This document shows positions 7,760 to 15,380 of a stretch of DNA of 32,000 nucleotides, piece by piece (position 1 is the first letter of the stretch; each line of letters starts with the position of its first letter). This DNA is from an uncultured archaeon. GTDB taxonomy: Archaea; Micrarchaeota; Micrarchaeia; Micrarchaeales; CABMGC01. The notes under the pieces are model-generated. The model did no database searches, was not told where the DNA came from, and saw nothing but the letters and a program-made list of their open reading frames with translations. The position numbers were made by a program, and so were the translations under genes. The DNA lies in NCBI GenBank assembly GCA_963704435.1, contig OY969902.1:750001-782000 (forward strand). Reading direction: 5' to 3'.

Positions 7760-9691
7760 ATGGCGCAGGAAGGACCGAGCAAAGAGGCAAGGCGGGAGTT
7801 CGTGCGCGACTTAGAGGTGGCGATAGACGGCCTCTATAGGGACGTGGACATAAACGCGCTGCAGGTATCGCCGACCATCTCCTTCACGGAGGGCCAGAAG
7901 GCGGCGGGCGCAAACGACGACAGGGAAAAGGGCGACATGGCATCGTCGGTGGCGTTCAAGCTCGCTAGGTTGCTGAGGCAGAAGCCGAGCGACATAGCGA
8001 AGGCCATCGCTTCAAAGGCCGAGCCGTCGGGCTGCCTATCGAGGTTCGAGGAGCTGAACGGCTACGTGAACGCGTTCATAGAGGAGCGCGCCTACACGGC
8101 CAGCGTGGTCTCCGGCGTGATCAAGGAGGGCGGATCCTACGGCTCGAGCGCGATGGGCCGCGGCGGCCGGGTGATGGTCGAGTTCCCCAGCGTGAACCCG
8201 AACAAGCAGTGGCACGTCGGCCACCTCAGGAATGCGCTGCTCGGCGACACGATCTGCAATCTGCTCGCCTTCTGTTCGTTTGACGCAGAGCGCGAGGACT
8301 ACATAGACGACCTCGGGCTGCAGATAGCGGAGACGATGTGGGGCTGGGAGCACCTCAGCGGCAGGCCCGACAAGAAGCTCGACCTCTGGCTCGGAGAGCA
8401 GTACGTCGAGGTCAACAGGAGGATGGCGGAGAGCCCCTCAGTGAAAGGGGAGGTCGAGGCGCTGCTGAAGCGCATGGAGGACGTGGACTCGCAGGAGCTC
8501 AGGGCAGTCAGGAACGAGATAACCGAGCCCTGCGTGCTGGCGCAGAGCGAGACCGCGTTCGATTATGGTGTCTGCCACGACGTGATGGTCTGGGAGAGCG
8601 ACATAGTGCGCGCGCAGCTGCTGCACAAGGCGCTGGAGTTGGCATTGGAGAAGGGCGTGGTCGAGAAGGCGGGCGACGGAAAGTACGCGGGCTGCATCGT
8701 AGTCAAGCTGGACCGGCTGTCCAAGTACGCCAAGGAGCTCGAGGGCGCAAGGGAGGACGCGAAGGTCATCGTCCGGAGCAACGGCGTCGCCACCTACATA
8801 GCCAAGGATTTCGCGTTCCATCTCTGGAAGTTCGGGCTGATAGACGCGGCCTTCAAATACAAGGAGCTGGTCGAGCGCCAGCCGAACGGAAGGCCGCTGT
8901 TCTCCACGGCATCTGAAGGGACTGCGAAGGAGTTCGGCAGGGCAAGGACGGCGGTGAACATAATCGACGCGTCGCAGCGCCACGAGCAGCTAATAATGCG
9001 GCTGATGTTCACGCTGCTGGGCCGCGGCGACATCGCGGACAACCTCGTGCACCTCGCGTACGGCAGGGTGAGGGTGGCCGAGGGCGGCCTGAGCACCAGG
9101 AAAGGCACGTGGCAGGGCAAGGAAAGGAGCTACACGGCGGACGACCTGCTCAGGGAGGTGCGCGCAAAGGCGCACGGGATAGTCTCGAAGAGCGAGAAGA
9201 TAGAGAAAATCGAGGATGCGGACGGGATATCGAGCAAGGTGGCGCTCGCGGCGATAAAGTTCGAGTTCCTGAGGACCGCGCCGGAGAAGGAGATAGTCTT
9301 CTCCTGGGAGAAGGCGCTCAGCTTCGAGGGCAATTCCGGGCCGTACTGCCTGTACACCTACGCGAGGGCGTCAAGGATACTTGAGAAGGCGGGGGCCGCA
9401 GGCCTGCCGAAGGCCTACCCGAACGTGTCGAGGGGCCACGACTTCGAGCTCGTCAAGCTCATGGGCCGGTTCCAGGAGACCGCGGAGAAGGCGTGCGGCG
9501 AGTACCGGCCAAACGTCATCACGGATTACCTGCTTGACCTCGCGTCTGAGTTCAGCAAGTTCTACGAGGCGATGCCCGTTCTCAAGGGCGGAGAGTCGAT
9601 GGAAGAGAGGCTCGCGATAGTCTCCGCGTTCAGGCAGGTCATGAGGAACGCGCTCGCCCTTCTTGGAATAGGCATCGTGGAGAGGATGTAG
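7760..9691 (+). CDS. argS: Arginine--tRNA ligase
   Basis: Contains the class I HIGH-type motif NPNKQWHVGHLRNALLGD and a DALR-type anticodon-binding C-terminus. The ATG at 7760 follows the nnr stop. The ORF track lists a GTG at 7751. Confidence 0.9.
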   Translation: MAQEGPSKEARREFVRDLEVAIDGLYRDVDINALQVSPTISFTEGQKAAGANDDREKGDMASSVAFKLARLLRQKPSDIAKAIASKAEPSGCLSRFEELNGYVNAFIEERAYTASVVSGVIKEGGSYGSSAMGRGGRVMVEFPSVNPNKQWHVGHLRNALLGDTICNLLAFCSFDAEREDYIDDLGLQIAETMWGWEHLSGRPDKKLDLWLGEQYVEVNRRMAESPSVKGEVEALLKRMEDVDSQELRAVRNEITEPCVLAQSETAFDYGVCHDVMVWESDIVRAQLLHKALELALEKGVVEKAGDGKYAGCIVVKLDRLSKYAKELEGAREDAKVIVRSNGVATYIAKDFAFHLWKFGLIDAAFKYKELVERQPNGRPLFSTASEGTAKEFGRARTAVNIIDASQRHEQLIMRLMFTLLGRGDIADNLVHLAYGRVRVAEGGLSTRKGTWQGKERSYTADDLLREVRAKAHGIVSKSEKIEKIEDADGISSKVALAAIKFEFLRTAPEKEIVFSWEKALSFEGNSGPYCLYTYARASRILEKAGAAGLPKAYPNVSRGHDFELVKLMGRFQETAEKACGEYRPNVITDYLLDLASEFSKFYEAMPVLKGGESMEERLAIVSAFRQVMRNALALLGIGIVERM

Positions 9692-10285
9692 TCACACGCC
9701 GCGTCTGGAATCCAGGACTTTTTTCCTCAGCCCTTCGTAAATGTGGCGCAACTCCGGGATTTTTACCACTCTGTCCCCGGTTCCTAAGAACTCCTCGACC
9801 GCTTCAGTGCTGAGATATCTTGAATATGGGACAAGCATGAACACATAGTCCAGTTTGTCCACCTCTTCGACAAGCCGAGCTTCCTTGGTAGTTATCTCCC
9901 TAGCTTCCACCCACAGCTTCCAGAGGTCATCGTGCGATTCTGCGTCGAGGGCGGAGAGGACCCTTCTGGCGTTTTCGTACTCTAGCTTCTTCCTATCGGA
10001 ATTGTTCATGATCTGGTCTGCCTCCTTGGGCCTGGTCGCTATGTCTCCCATGCCTCCCGCTTCGTTTATGTTGTGTATCAACCCCATCAATAGGCACTTG
10101 CCAGCGTCAAGGCCCAGTTTTTTGGCCATCAGGTATGACATGAGGGCGACGCTGAAAGAATGGTCTCCCACATGCTCCGGCCTAATTACGCCTTCCCTGA
10201 CCCATCCAGTCCTGTCGATTCCCTTCAGCCTATCCGCTTCGAGAATGAAACTCAGTATCTTATCGAGTTCTTCATCTGACTTCAT
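9692..10285 (-). CDS. HD-domain phosphohydrolase, YfbR/HDDC2-like (HD_3), with HN in place of the HD dyad
   Basis: Contains DRTGWVREGV, EHVGDHSFSVAL, GLIHNINEAGGMGDI, EARLVEEVDKLDY and a LW.....E pattern typical of 5'-deoxynucleotidase-like HD proteins. Confidence 0.7.
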   Translation of the reverse strand: MKSDEELDKILSFILEADRLKGIDRTGWVREGVIRPEHVGDHSFSVALMSYLMAKKLGLDAGKCLLMGLIHNINEAGGMGDIATRPKEADQIMNNSDRKKLEYENARRVLSALDAESHDDLWKLWVEAREITTKEARLVEEVDKLDYVFMLVPYSRYLSTEAVEEFLGTGDRVVKIPELRHIYEGLRKKVLDSRRGV

Positions 10286-10314
10286 AGGATCTGCCTTTTG
10301 TGATTAGGGGGTGT

Positions 10315-10364
10315 GGGGTCAAGGTATACCACGGGCTTTAGCCCGCGGACAGGAATTGACCCCA
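10315..10364. repeat. Nested hairpin, putative IS200 left-end structure
   Basis: An outer stem GGGGTCAA/TTGACCCC encloses an inner hairpin CGGGC-TTTA-GCCCG. Confidence 0.6.
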
Positions 10365-10472
10365 CTTTGAGTGTTCCTGCTCTATTTTTAACAAATTCTG
10401 AGAAGGATTAGCGACGGCAGTGTGGCCCCAGAATTTTTGCGGTCCTGAAGTTTCTGCCGCCGAAGTGTTATT

Positions 10473-10928
10473 GTGAATAGTGTAAACAATGTAAGGGATA
10501 TAAAGGAAAGCGCGACGGCATGCATCCACAGGTACAACTGGCAGCACATGGTTTTTGTGTCGAAATATCGATACAGGATGTTCAAAAATCCAGAGACCTG
10601 CCGAATAATACACGATGCGATTTATGACGCCGCGCGTAGACATGGAATCGGAATTAAAGAATTCGCTGTCGGAGAAGACTTTCAACACGTGCATCTTGAG
10701 ATTGACGTACCAAATACTATGTCAGTTTCAACCGCGGTGCAACTGCTGAAGGGATATTCGGCGTACGTGGTCTTCAAAGAAATGCCAAACCATCGACTTA
10801 GGTATTGGAGAGGGCATTTCTGGAGTGAAGGATACAGTAACGGAAGCGTAGGCCCTCAGAACGAGGAGACGATACAAAATTACATCAGAAAGCAGGATCA
10901 GTACGGACAAATGAGACTTGCCGCCTAG
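10473..10928 (+). CDS. tnpA: IS200/IS605-family transposase TnpA (HUH, Y1)
   Basis: Contains WQHMVFVSKYRYRMF, the HUH motif FQHVHLEI, VQLLKGYSAY and WSEGYSNGSVG (catalytic Tyr region). Length is 151 aa with a GTG start. Confidence 0.85.
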   Translation: MNSVNNVRDIKESATACIHRYNWQHMVFVSKYRYRMFKNPETCRIIHDAIYDAARRHGIGIKEFAVGEDFQHVHLEIDVPNTMSVSTAVQLLKGYSAYVVFKEMPNHRLRYWRGHFWSEGYSNGSVGPQNEETIQNYIRKQDQYGQMRLAA

Positions 10929-10941
10929 AGCGCAGGGGATA

Positions 10942-10961
10942 CCCCCGACTTTAGTCGGGGG
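10942..10961. repeat. Perfect 8-bp hairpin, putative IS200 right-end structure
   Basis: The sequence is CCCCCGAC-TTTA-GTCGGGGG, beginning 14 nt after the tnpA stop. Confidence 0.6.
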
Positions 10962-11107
10962 AGGAGGTCATTCTAAGTATGTGACAACCGCAGCGCAGAA
11001 CGCATCCAACACACAATTAATAATAGGGAACAAAGGAATTAAATGTTCAATGAGTGAGTCCAAAAGCGTTTCCTAATCCGCGGCCTCGTAGAGACGTCCA
11101 ACTAACA

Positions 11108-11115
11108 TTTTATAA
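11108..11115 (+). promoter_or_regulatory. TATA box for tRNA-Arg
   Basis: TTTATAAA ends 22 nt upstream of tRNA position 1. Confidence 0.55.
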
Positions 11116-11137
11116 ATGAGCCTTCCAAATACCTATA

Positions 11138-11250
11138 GGGTCCGTAGCTCAGCTTGGATAGAGCGATGCCGTCCTAAGGCAAAGGTCACGGGTTCAAAAT
11201 GAACATATATGCGCTTCGCCTAGATGTTTATGACAATCCCGTCGGACCCG
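11138..11250 (+). tRNA. tRNA-Arg(CCU) interrupted by a 38-nt intron in the T-loop
   Basis: I folded it by hand. The acceptor stem is GGGTCCG/CGGACCC and the D arm is GCTC/GAGC. The anticodon arm is (A)TGCC-GTCCTAA-GGCA(A). The T stem is ACGGG/CCCGT, and the T-loop TTCAAAT is restored only after removing ~11198-11235. The discriminator is G and no CCA is encoded. Confidence 0.75.
11198..11235 (+). other. Non-canonical tRNA intron (T-loop position 57/58 to 59/60; exact junction ambiguous because of an A run)
   Basis: The 38 nt lie between TTCAA and AT-CCCGT and contain an internal AACAT/ATGTT helix. Confidence 0.6.
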
Positions 11251-11261
11251 AAGGTGTTTAA

Positions 11262-12314
11262 ATGAAGGACAATAAAGGAAATGCCAAGGAGCCTCGAATA
11301 CTAATACGGCCGATAGGAAGGTTCGGCGGGCTCGACAGTCTCCACATGACCTTCGTGATAGTCATAGCGCTGCTGTTCCTGCTTCTGCTGGTGGTCTCGT
11401 ACTCGAAGCCGCCAGTGCTCGTATCCAACTCCACACTTTCGGCCAATTGCACCTATGGGTATCTTCTCAACGGCTCGTGCGCGAGGCCGGTGCACAACGC
11501 CACGCAGGTCGGCGTCATGGTCGAGAGGGTGCTCGCAAGCTACTCAAGCGTCAACAGCTCGCTCTCAACGCTTCCGTACATAACGAACGTCAGCTCGATG
11601 AACGCGACGTACCTGCCGCTGAGCGGGGAGTGGTATGTGTCGCTGAAGGCGGCGAACCTCGGTAGCAACTCGACGTTCCTGGTCTCGTTCCTGGTTAGCG
11701 ACTCTAACCTCTCGAAGATAACTCCATCCATACAGACCGCGGTCCCGTCAATGATACTGGGGAACCAGGAGGTCTCGCAGGGCGTCATAAAGCTGGCGGG
11801 CAAGTATGCCTGCCTCAACCAGTCGCCGGTGAACGCGTACTGGTTCATTGATCCGTACGCCCCCGGCTCGATAAGCAGCCTAGTCAATGCCACGTCCATA
11901 GAGCGCGGGCTCGGAGGGAAGGCCAACGTAACGATCAAGATAGTCTACGGCGCAGCCACGCAGCACATCGGGCAGGGCTATGGCCTGGGCAACGCGCAGC
12001 TGCTAGGCCAATACGTACTGTGCGCGTCGCAGCAGCCTAACTTCAGGAGCTTCGCATCCAACCTAAACTCCCTGTACTCCGGGTCCTACGTTCCCAGGTC
12101 GGCCCTCACCAACGTCGCCAACGTGTCAGGCCTGAACTACACGGCGCTGAACTCGTGCGTCGGCAACACCACGCAGGAGATAAATGCCCAGGAGCTGCTC
12201 GCCAATTACTACAACATAACGCAGACGCCGCTTGTCATCGTGAACTGCGAGTACCTGTCGATACCGCAGACTGCCTTGCGCGCGTTCTGCTACGTAAGCA
12301 ACTCACTCTGCTGA
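11262..12314 (+). CDS. Membrane-anchored, sequon-rich DsbA-like (thioredoxin-fold) protein lacking the CxxC motif
   Basis: It has an N-terminal TM helix ([15 protein letters not shown]) and about 15 N-x-S/T sequons. [10 protein letters not shown] sits where DsbA-family proteins have F.D..CP.C. Downstream are [22 protein letters not shown] and [10 protein letters not shown] (compare GTPTF.ING). An AGGTG box lies 7 nt before the ATG. Confidence 0.45.
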   Translation: MKDNKGNAKEPRILIRPIGRFGGLDSLHMTFVIVIALLFLLLLVVSYSKPPVLVSNSTLSANCTYGYLLNGSCARPVHNATQVGVMVERVLASYSSVNSSLSTLPYITNVSSMNATYLPLSGEWYVSLKAANLGSNSTFLVSFLVSDSNLSKITPSIQTAVPSMILGNQEVSQGVIKLAGKYACLNQSPVNAYWFIDPYAPGSISSLVNATSIERGLGGKANVTIKIVYGAATQHIGQGYGLGNAQLLGQYVLCASQQPNFRSFASNLNSLYSGSYVPRSALTNVANVSGLNYTALNSCVGNTTQEINAQELLANYYNITQTPLVIVNCEYLSIPQTALRAFCYVSNSLC

Positions 12315-12405
12315 TGTCGCGTGGGAATGTTTATATAAGTCTAACGCACAACTAGTACCAAGCAATCATTCAATGGCGCTTGCTACTTGCAACCAAGGTG
12401 GAACT

Positions 12406-12714
12406 ATGACCGAGACCGATGGAATGGAGAGGAGGGAGAGCGCAATGCCTGAGAACGTAGTCTACATAGGCAAGAAGCCGGCGATGAACTACGTGCTCGC
12501 GGTCGTGACGCAGTTCAACAACGGCGCGAAGAACGTCAAGATAAAGGCCAGGGGAAACACTATAAGCAGGGCCGTCGACGTCGCCGAGATCTCGCGGAAC
12601 AGGTTCCTCCAGGAGGTCAAGGTCCACAACATATCGATAAACTCCGAGGAGCTGCAGAATGAGGACGGCACTAAGTCCAAGGTCAGCACGATCGAGATAA
12701 ATCTGGGCAAGTAG
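12406..12714 (+). CDS. albA: Alba chromatin/RNA-binding protein
   Basis: Contains [39 protein letters not shown] and STIEINL. The ATG at 12406 is preceded by AAGGTGGA (12395-12402). The ORF track offers an upstream ATG at 12373. Confidence 0.85.
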   Translation: MTETDGMERRESAMPENVVYIGKKPAMNYVLAVVTQFNNGAKNVKIKARGNTISRAVDVAEISRNRFLQEVKVHNISINSEELQNEDGTKSKVSTIEINLGK

Positions 12715-12720
12715 CCTTGC

Positions 12721-12748
12721 TTATTTCCTTTTTCTTCCTTTTTCATTT
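12721..12748 (+). terminator. T-rich archaeal terminator after albA
   Basis: TTATTTCCTTTTTCTTCCTTTTTCATTT begins 7 nt after the stop. Confidence 0.5.
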
Positions 12749-12824
12749 GCGTGACAGTGTGAGTTCGGCCCGCACGCCGCAGCTTTTAAGCCTTTTATGC
12801 TAATTTGTACCGGAGGGCGATGGC

Positions 12825-13307
12825 GTGGAGACCGAGGCAGTCAAGATAGAGAAGGGCGGGGACGTTCAGCTCGTCATCGGCCACGCGGGCTTCATAAAGA
12901 CCGCGGAGGACCTATACGAGGCGATGATGAATTCCGTGCCAGGAGTGAAGTTCGGGCTCGCGTTCGCGGAGGCCAGCGGCCCATGCCTTGTGCGCAGCGA
13001 GGGAAACAGCCCAGAGCTCGTCAAGCTGGCGGAGAAGAACATGGCGCGGATAGGAGCGGGCCACACGTTCATAATACTGTTCAAAGGGGCGTATCCCATA
13101 AACTTGGTAGGTACTATAAGGGACGTCTGCGAAGTAGCGAGGGTCTACTGCGCGACCGCGAACCCTGTAGAGGTGCTGGTGGCGAAAACGCAGCTGGGCA
13201 GGGCGGTCATAGGAATAGTCGATGGTTCCGCGGCGAAGGGAATAGAGAAGGAGAAGGACAGGGCCGAAAGGAGGAAGTTCCTCAGGGATACGGGATACAA
13301 GATGTGA
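12825..13307 (+). CDS. Adenosine-specific kinase family protein (PF04008/DUF355-like)
   Basis: Length is 160 aa. It contains VIGHAGFIKT.EDLYEA, FGLAFAEASGP.LVR, GAGH.FIILF and CATANPVEVLV, typical of this archaeal family. An A/T box CTTTTATGC lies about 24 nt upstream of the GTG start. Confidence 0.65.
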   Translation: METEAVKIEKGGDVQLVIGHAGFIKTAEDLYEAMMNSVPGVKFGLAFAEASGPCLVRSEGNSPELVKLAEKNMARIGAGHTFIILFKGAYPINLVGTIRDVCEVARVYCATANPVEVLVAKTQLGRAVIGIVDGSAAKGIEKEKDRAERRKFLRDTGYKM

Positions 13308-13311
13308 TTTC

Positions 13312-13983
13312 TTGCAGGCGTTCAGGTCTTTGGACACTGGCTCGGCAAAGGCGGCTATCGAGCTCCTGGAGAAAGAATACAAGGACGCGGAGTATTACCT
13401 GAAGTTCTCCACTCCAGTGGATCTCCTTGTCGCTGCCATACTCTCCGCGCAGACGAGGGACGAAGTCGTGAACTCCGTGACTCCAGAGCTGTTCAAGCGT
13501 TTCAGGACCGCGAAGGACTACGCGAGTTCAGGCGCCGACGGGCTGCTCAAGTATGTAAGCAGGGTCAGCTTCGCAGGCAACAAGGCGAAGAACATAGCCG
13601 AGACGTGCAGGATCATAAGCGAGAAGTACGGAGGAAAGGTGCCGGACAAGATGGAGCAGCTGGTCGAGCTCCCGGGGGTCGGGCGGAAGACAGCGAACAC
13701 CATACTCATAAACGCGTACGGCATCGTTGAAGGGATACCTGTCGACACGTGGGTGATAAAGCTCTCGCACAGGATCGGGCTGAGCCGGGGCGAAGACCCC
13801 GAGGACATCGAAAGGGACCTGATGCGCATCGTAGACAGGAAGCACTGGAAGAGCATAGCGTACGTATTCAAGGCGCACGGCAGGAAGATATGCCAGTCGC
13901 AGGTGCCAATCTGCAGCGGATGCCTGCTTGGGCCCACAAAACACAAGCTCTGTCCCCGGAACGGAGTTGCGAAAAGCGCGTGA
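13312..13983 (+). CDS. nth: Endonuclease III (HhH-GPD DNA glycosylase/AP lyase with 4Fe-4S cluster)
   Basis: Contains LLVAAILSAQTRD, the HhH motif LVELPGVGRKTANTIL, VDTWV and the Cys cluster CQSQVPICSGCLLGPTKHKLC. A TTG start lies 4 nt after the upstream stop. Confidence 0.85.
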   Translation: MQAFRSLDTGSAKAAIELLEKEYKDAEYYLKFSTPVDLLVAAILSAQTRDEVVNSVTPELFKRFRTAKDYASSGADGLLKYVSRVSFAGNKAKNIAETCRIISEKYGGKVPDKMEQLVELPGVGRKTANTILINAYGIVEGIPVDTWVIKLSHRIGLSRGEDPEDIERDLMRIVDRKHWKSIAYVFKAHGRKICQSQVPICSGCLLGPTKHKLCPRNGVAKSA

Positions 13984-13987
13984 CCCT

Positions 13988-15289
13988 ATGGACTTCATAA
14001 CCGAGATGCACATGCATTCGAAGTACGCAAGGGCGTGCAGCGACCAGCTCACGCTCGAGAACATGGCAGCAGCGTCGCAGGAGAAGGGCGTGCAGATAAT
14101 CGCCACCGGAGACTTCACGCACCCGCTGTGGTTCAAGGAGATAAGCGAAAAGCTGGTCGAGAAGGAGCCTGGAATATTCACACTCAGGGGCGGAGCCTCA
14201 CCGACGAGGTTCCTGCTAGCGACGGAGATCTGCGTCGCGTTCTCCAAGAGCGGGAAGAGCGGCCTCGCGGTTTTCGACAAGACCGGCGACGTAAAGCGGT
14301 TCCATAACTGCGTGCTGGCGCCGAGCATTGAGGTAGTGGGGCAGATAAACGAGAGGATAGCGAAGTTCGGGAACCTCGCCATCGACGGGAGGCCGACCCT
14401 GGCGATGCATGCGAGCGAGTTCGTAGAGCTCATGCACTCGATCGACCCGCGCATAATGGTCTTCCCGGCGCACGCTTACACGCCTTGGTTCGGGGTGCTC
14501 GGCTCGTACTCTGGCTTCGACTCGCTGGAGGAGGCCTACGAGGACCAAGTGATGCACATCCACGCGCTTGAGACTGGACTGAGCAGCGATCCGTCAAACA
14601 GCTGGCGCATATCCGGGCTCGATAAGTTCGCGCTCGTCTCTGGCAGCGACGCGCACTCGCTGCCGAAGATAGGCAGGGAGGCCACGGTGTTCAGTATGGC
14701 TGCGAAGGACCTCTCCTACGACCGCCTAACCTCTGCCATCAAGAACAGGAAGCTGAAGTCCACGATAGAGTTCTATCCCGAGGAAGGGAAGTACCACTAC
14801 GACGGCCACAGGAAATGCAACCTCTCGCTCAGCCCCAAGGAGGCGGAGAAGTACCACAACATCTGCCCGGTCTGCGGGAAGAGGCTTACGCTCGGTGTGC
14901 TGCACAGGGTCGAGGACCTCGCCGATCGAGAGGAGGGTTACGTCCCCAAGGGCGCGGCTCCGTTCGTGCACGCGATACCCTTGCAGGAGATAATTGCGTT
15001 CGTAAGCAAGAAGACCGTGTATTCGGTATACGTGAAGAGCACGTATGCCAAACTGATAGAACGGTTCGGCACCGAGATGAATGTCCTGCTGAAGGCAGAC
15101 ATAAAGAGCGTGGAGGAGGTCGACCGTGACCTCGCCAAGGCACTGGAGAATGTAAGGGAGGAGAACGTCAGGATAAAGCCAGGATACGACGGCGTGTTCG
15201 GCACGATAGACCTGCTCAGCGGCAGCGGCACCGGCGGACCCGTGGTCGAGGGGCACGGCACCTCCCAGAAATCGATGGGAGATTTCTAG
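13988..15289 (+). CDS. endoQ: Endonuclease Q (PHP-domain nuclease for deaminated bases)
   Basis: The N-terminus EMHMHSKYARACS...GVQIIATGDFTHPLW is a PHP domain. It also has AHAYTPWFGVLG, SGSDAHS and the Zn-finger GHRKC...CPVCGKRLTLGVLHRVEDL. The ATG lies 4 nt after the nth stop. Confidence 0.8.
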   Translation: MDFITEMHMHSKYARACSDQLTLENMAAASQEKGVQIIATGDFTHPLWFKEISEKLVEKEPGIFTLRGGASPTRFLLATEICVAFSKSGKSGLAVFDKTGDVKRFHNCVLAPSIEVVGQINERIAKFGNLAIDGRPTLAMHASEFVELMHSIDPRIMVFPAHAYTPWFGVLGSYSGFDSLEEAYEDQVMHIHALETGLSSDPSNSWRISGLDKFALVSGSDAHSLPKIGREATVFSMAAKDLSYDRLTSAIKNRKLKSTIEFYPEEGKYHYDGHRKCNLSLSPKEAEKYHNICPVCGKRLTLGVLHRVEDLADREEGYVPKGAAPFVHAIPLQEIIAFVSKKTVYSVYVKSTYAKLIERFGTEMNVLLKADIKSVEEVDRDLAKALENVREENVRIKPGYDGVFGTIDLLSGSGTGGPVVEGHGTSQKSMGDF

Positions 15290-15351
15290 CTGCTTCCAAC
15301 TCCGCACATCCATATCGCCCCTACGAAGAATGGCGAATCATATCGCAAAAG

Positions 15352-15358
15352 TTTAAAA
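15352..15358 (+). promoter_or_regulatory. TATA-like box for the S16 peptidase gene
   Basis: TTTAAAA ends 22 nt upstream of the ATG at 15381, which fits a leaderless-type arrangement. Confidence 0.45.
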
Positions 15359-15380
15359 GCTGAAATGTCCAAACTGCATC

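Larger units (their letters stand above)
10300..10975 (+). mobile_element. IS200/IS605-family element, tnpA only; boundaries approximate
   Basis: A Y1/HUH transposase gene is bracketed by subterminal hairpins at 10315-10364 and 10942-10961, both with a TTTA loop. No terminal inverted repeats are present, as expected for this family. Confidence 0.6.

Noticed and set aside
9692-11137. A tRNA-targeted integrated element (genomic island) between argS and tRNA-Arg
   Set aside because: There is no integrase gene and I found no direct repeat of the tRNA 3' end. The segment lies upstream of the tRNA rather than at its 3' end. Its AT-richer content is adequately explained by the IS200 copy plus one HD gene.
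7760-11250. Functional linkage of argS with the nearby tRNA-Arg(CCU)
   Set aside because: They are 1.4 kb apart and separated by an oppositely oriented HD gene and an IS200 element. The proximity is most likely coincidental.
12797-13402. A 201-aa Arg/Gly-rich ORF overlapping the adenosine-kinase-like gene in another frame
   Set aside because: It is low-complexity R/G-rich and is fully explained as an off-frame reading of a well-supported gene. It has no independent start context.
13528-14454. Long antisense or alternative-frame ORFs: 13528..14454(-), 24297..25268(-), 26882..27886(+), 27912..28838(+), 16659..17459(-), 7143..7790(-) and 5253..5888(+)
   Set aside because: They lie opposite or out of frame to genes with clear family motifs. 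Their translations are rich in Arg/Val/His/Leu/Pro with no recognisable motifs, which is typical of shadow ORFs in GC-rich coding DNA.
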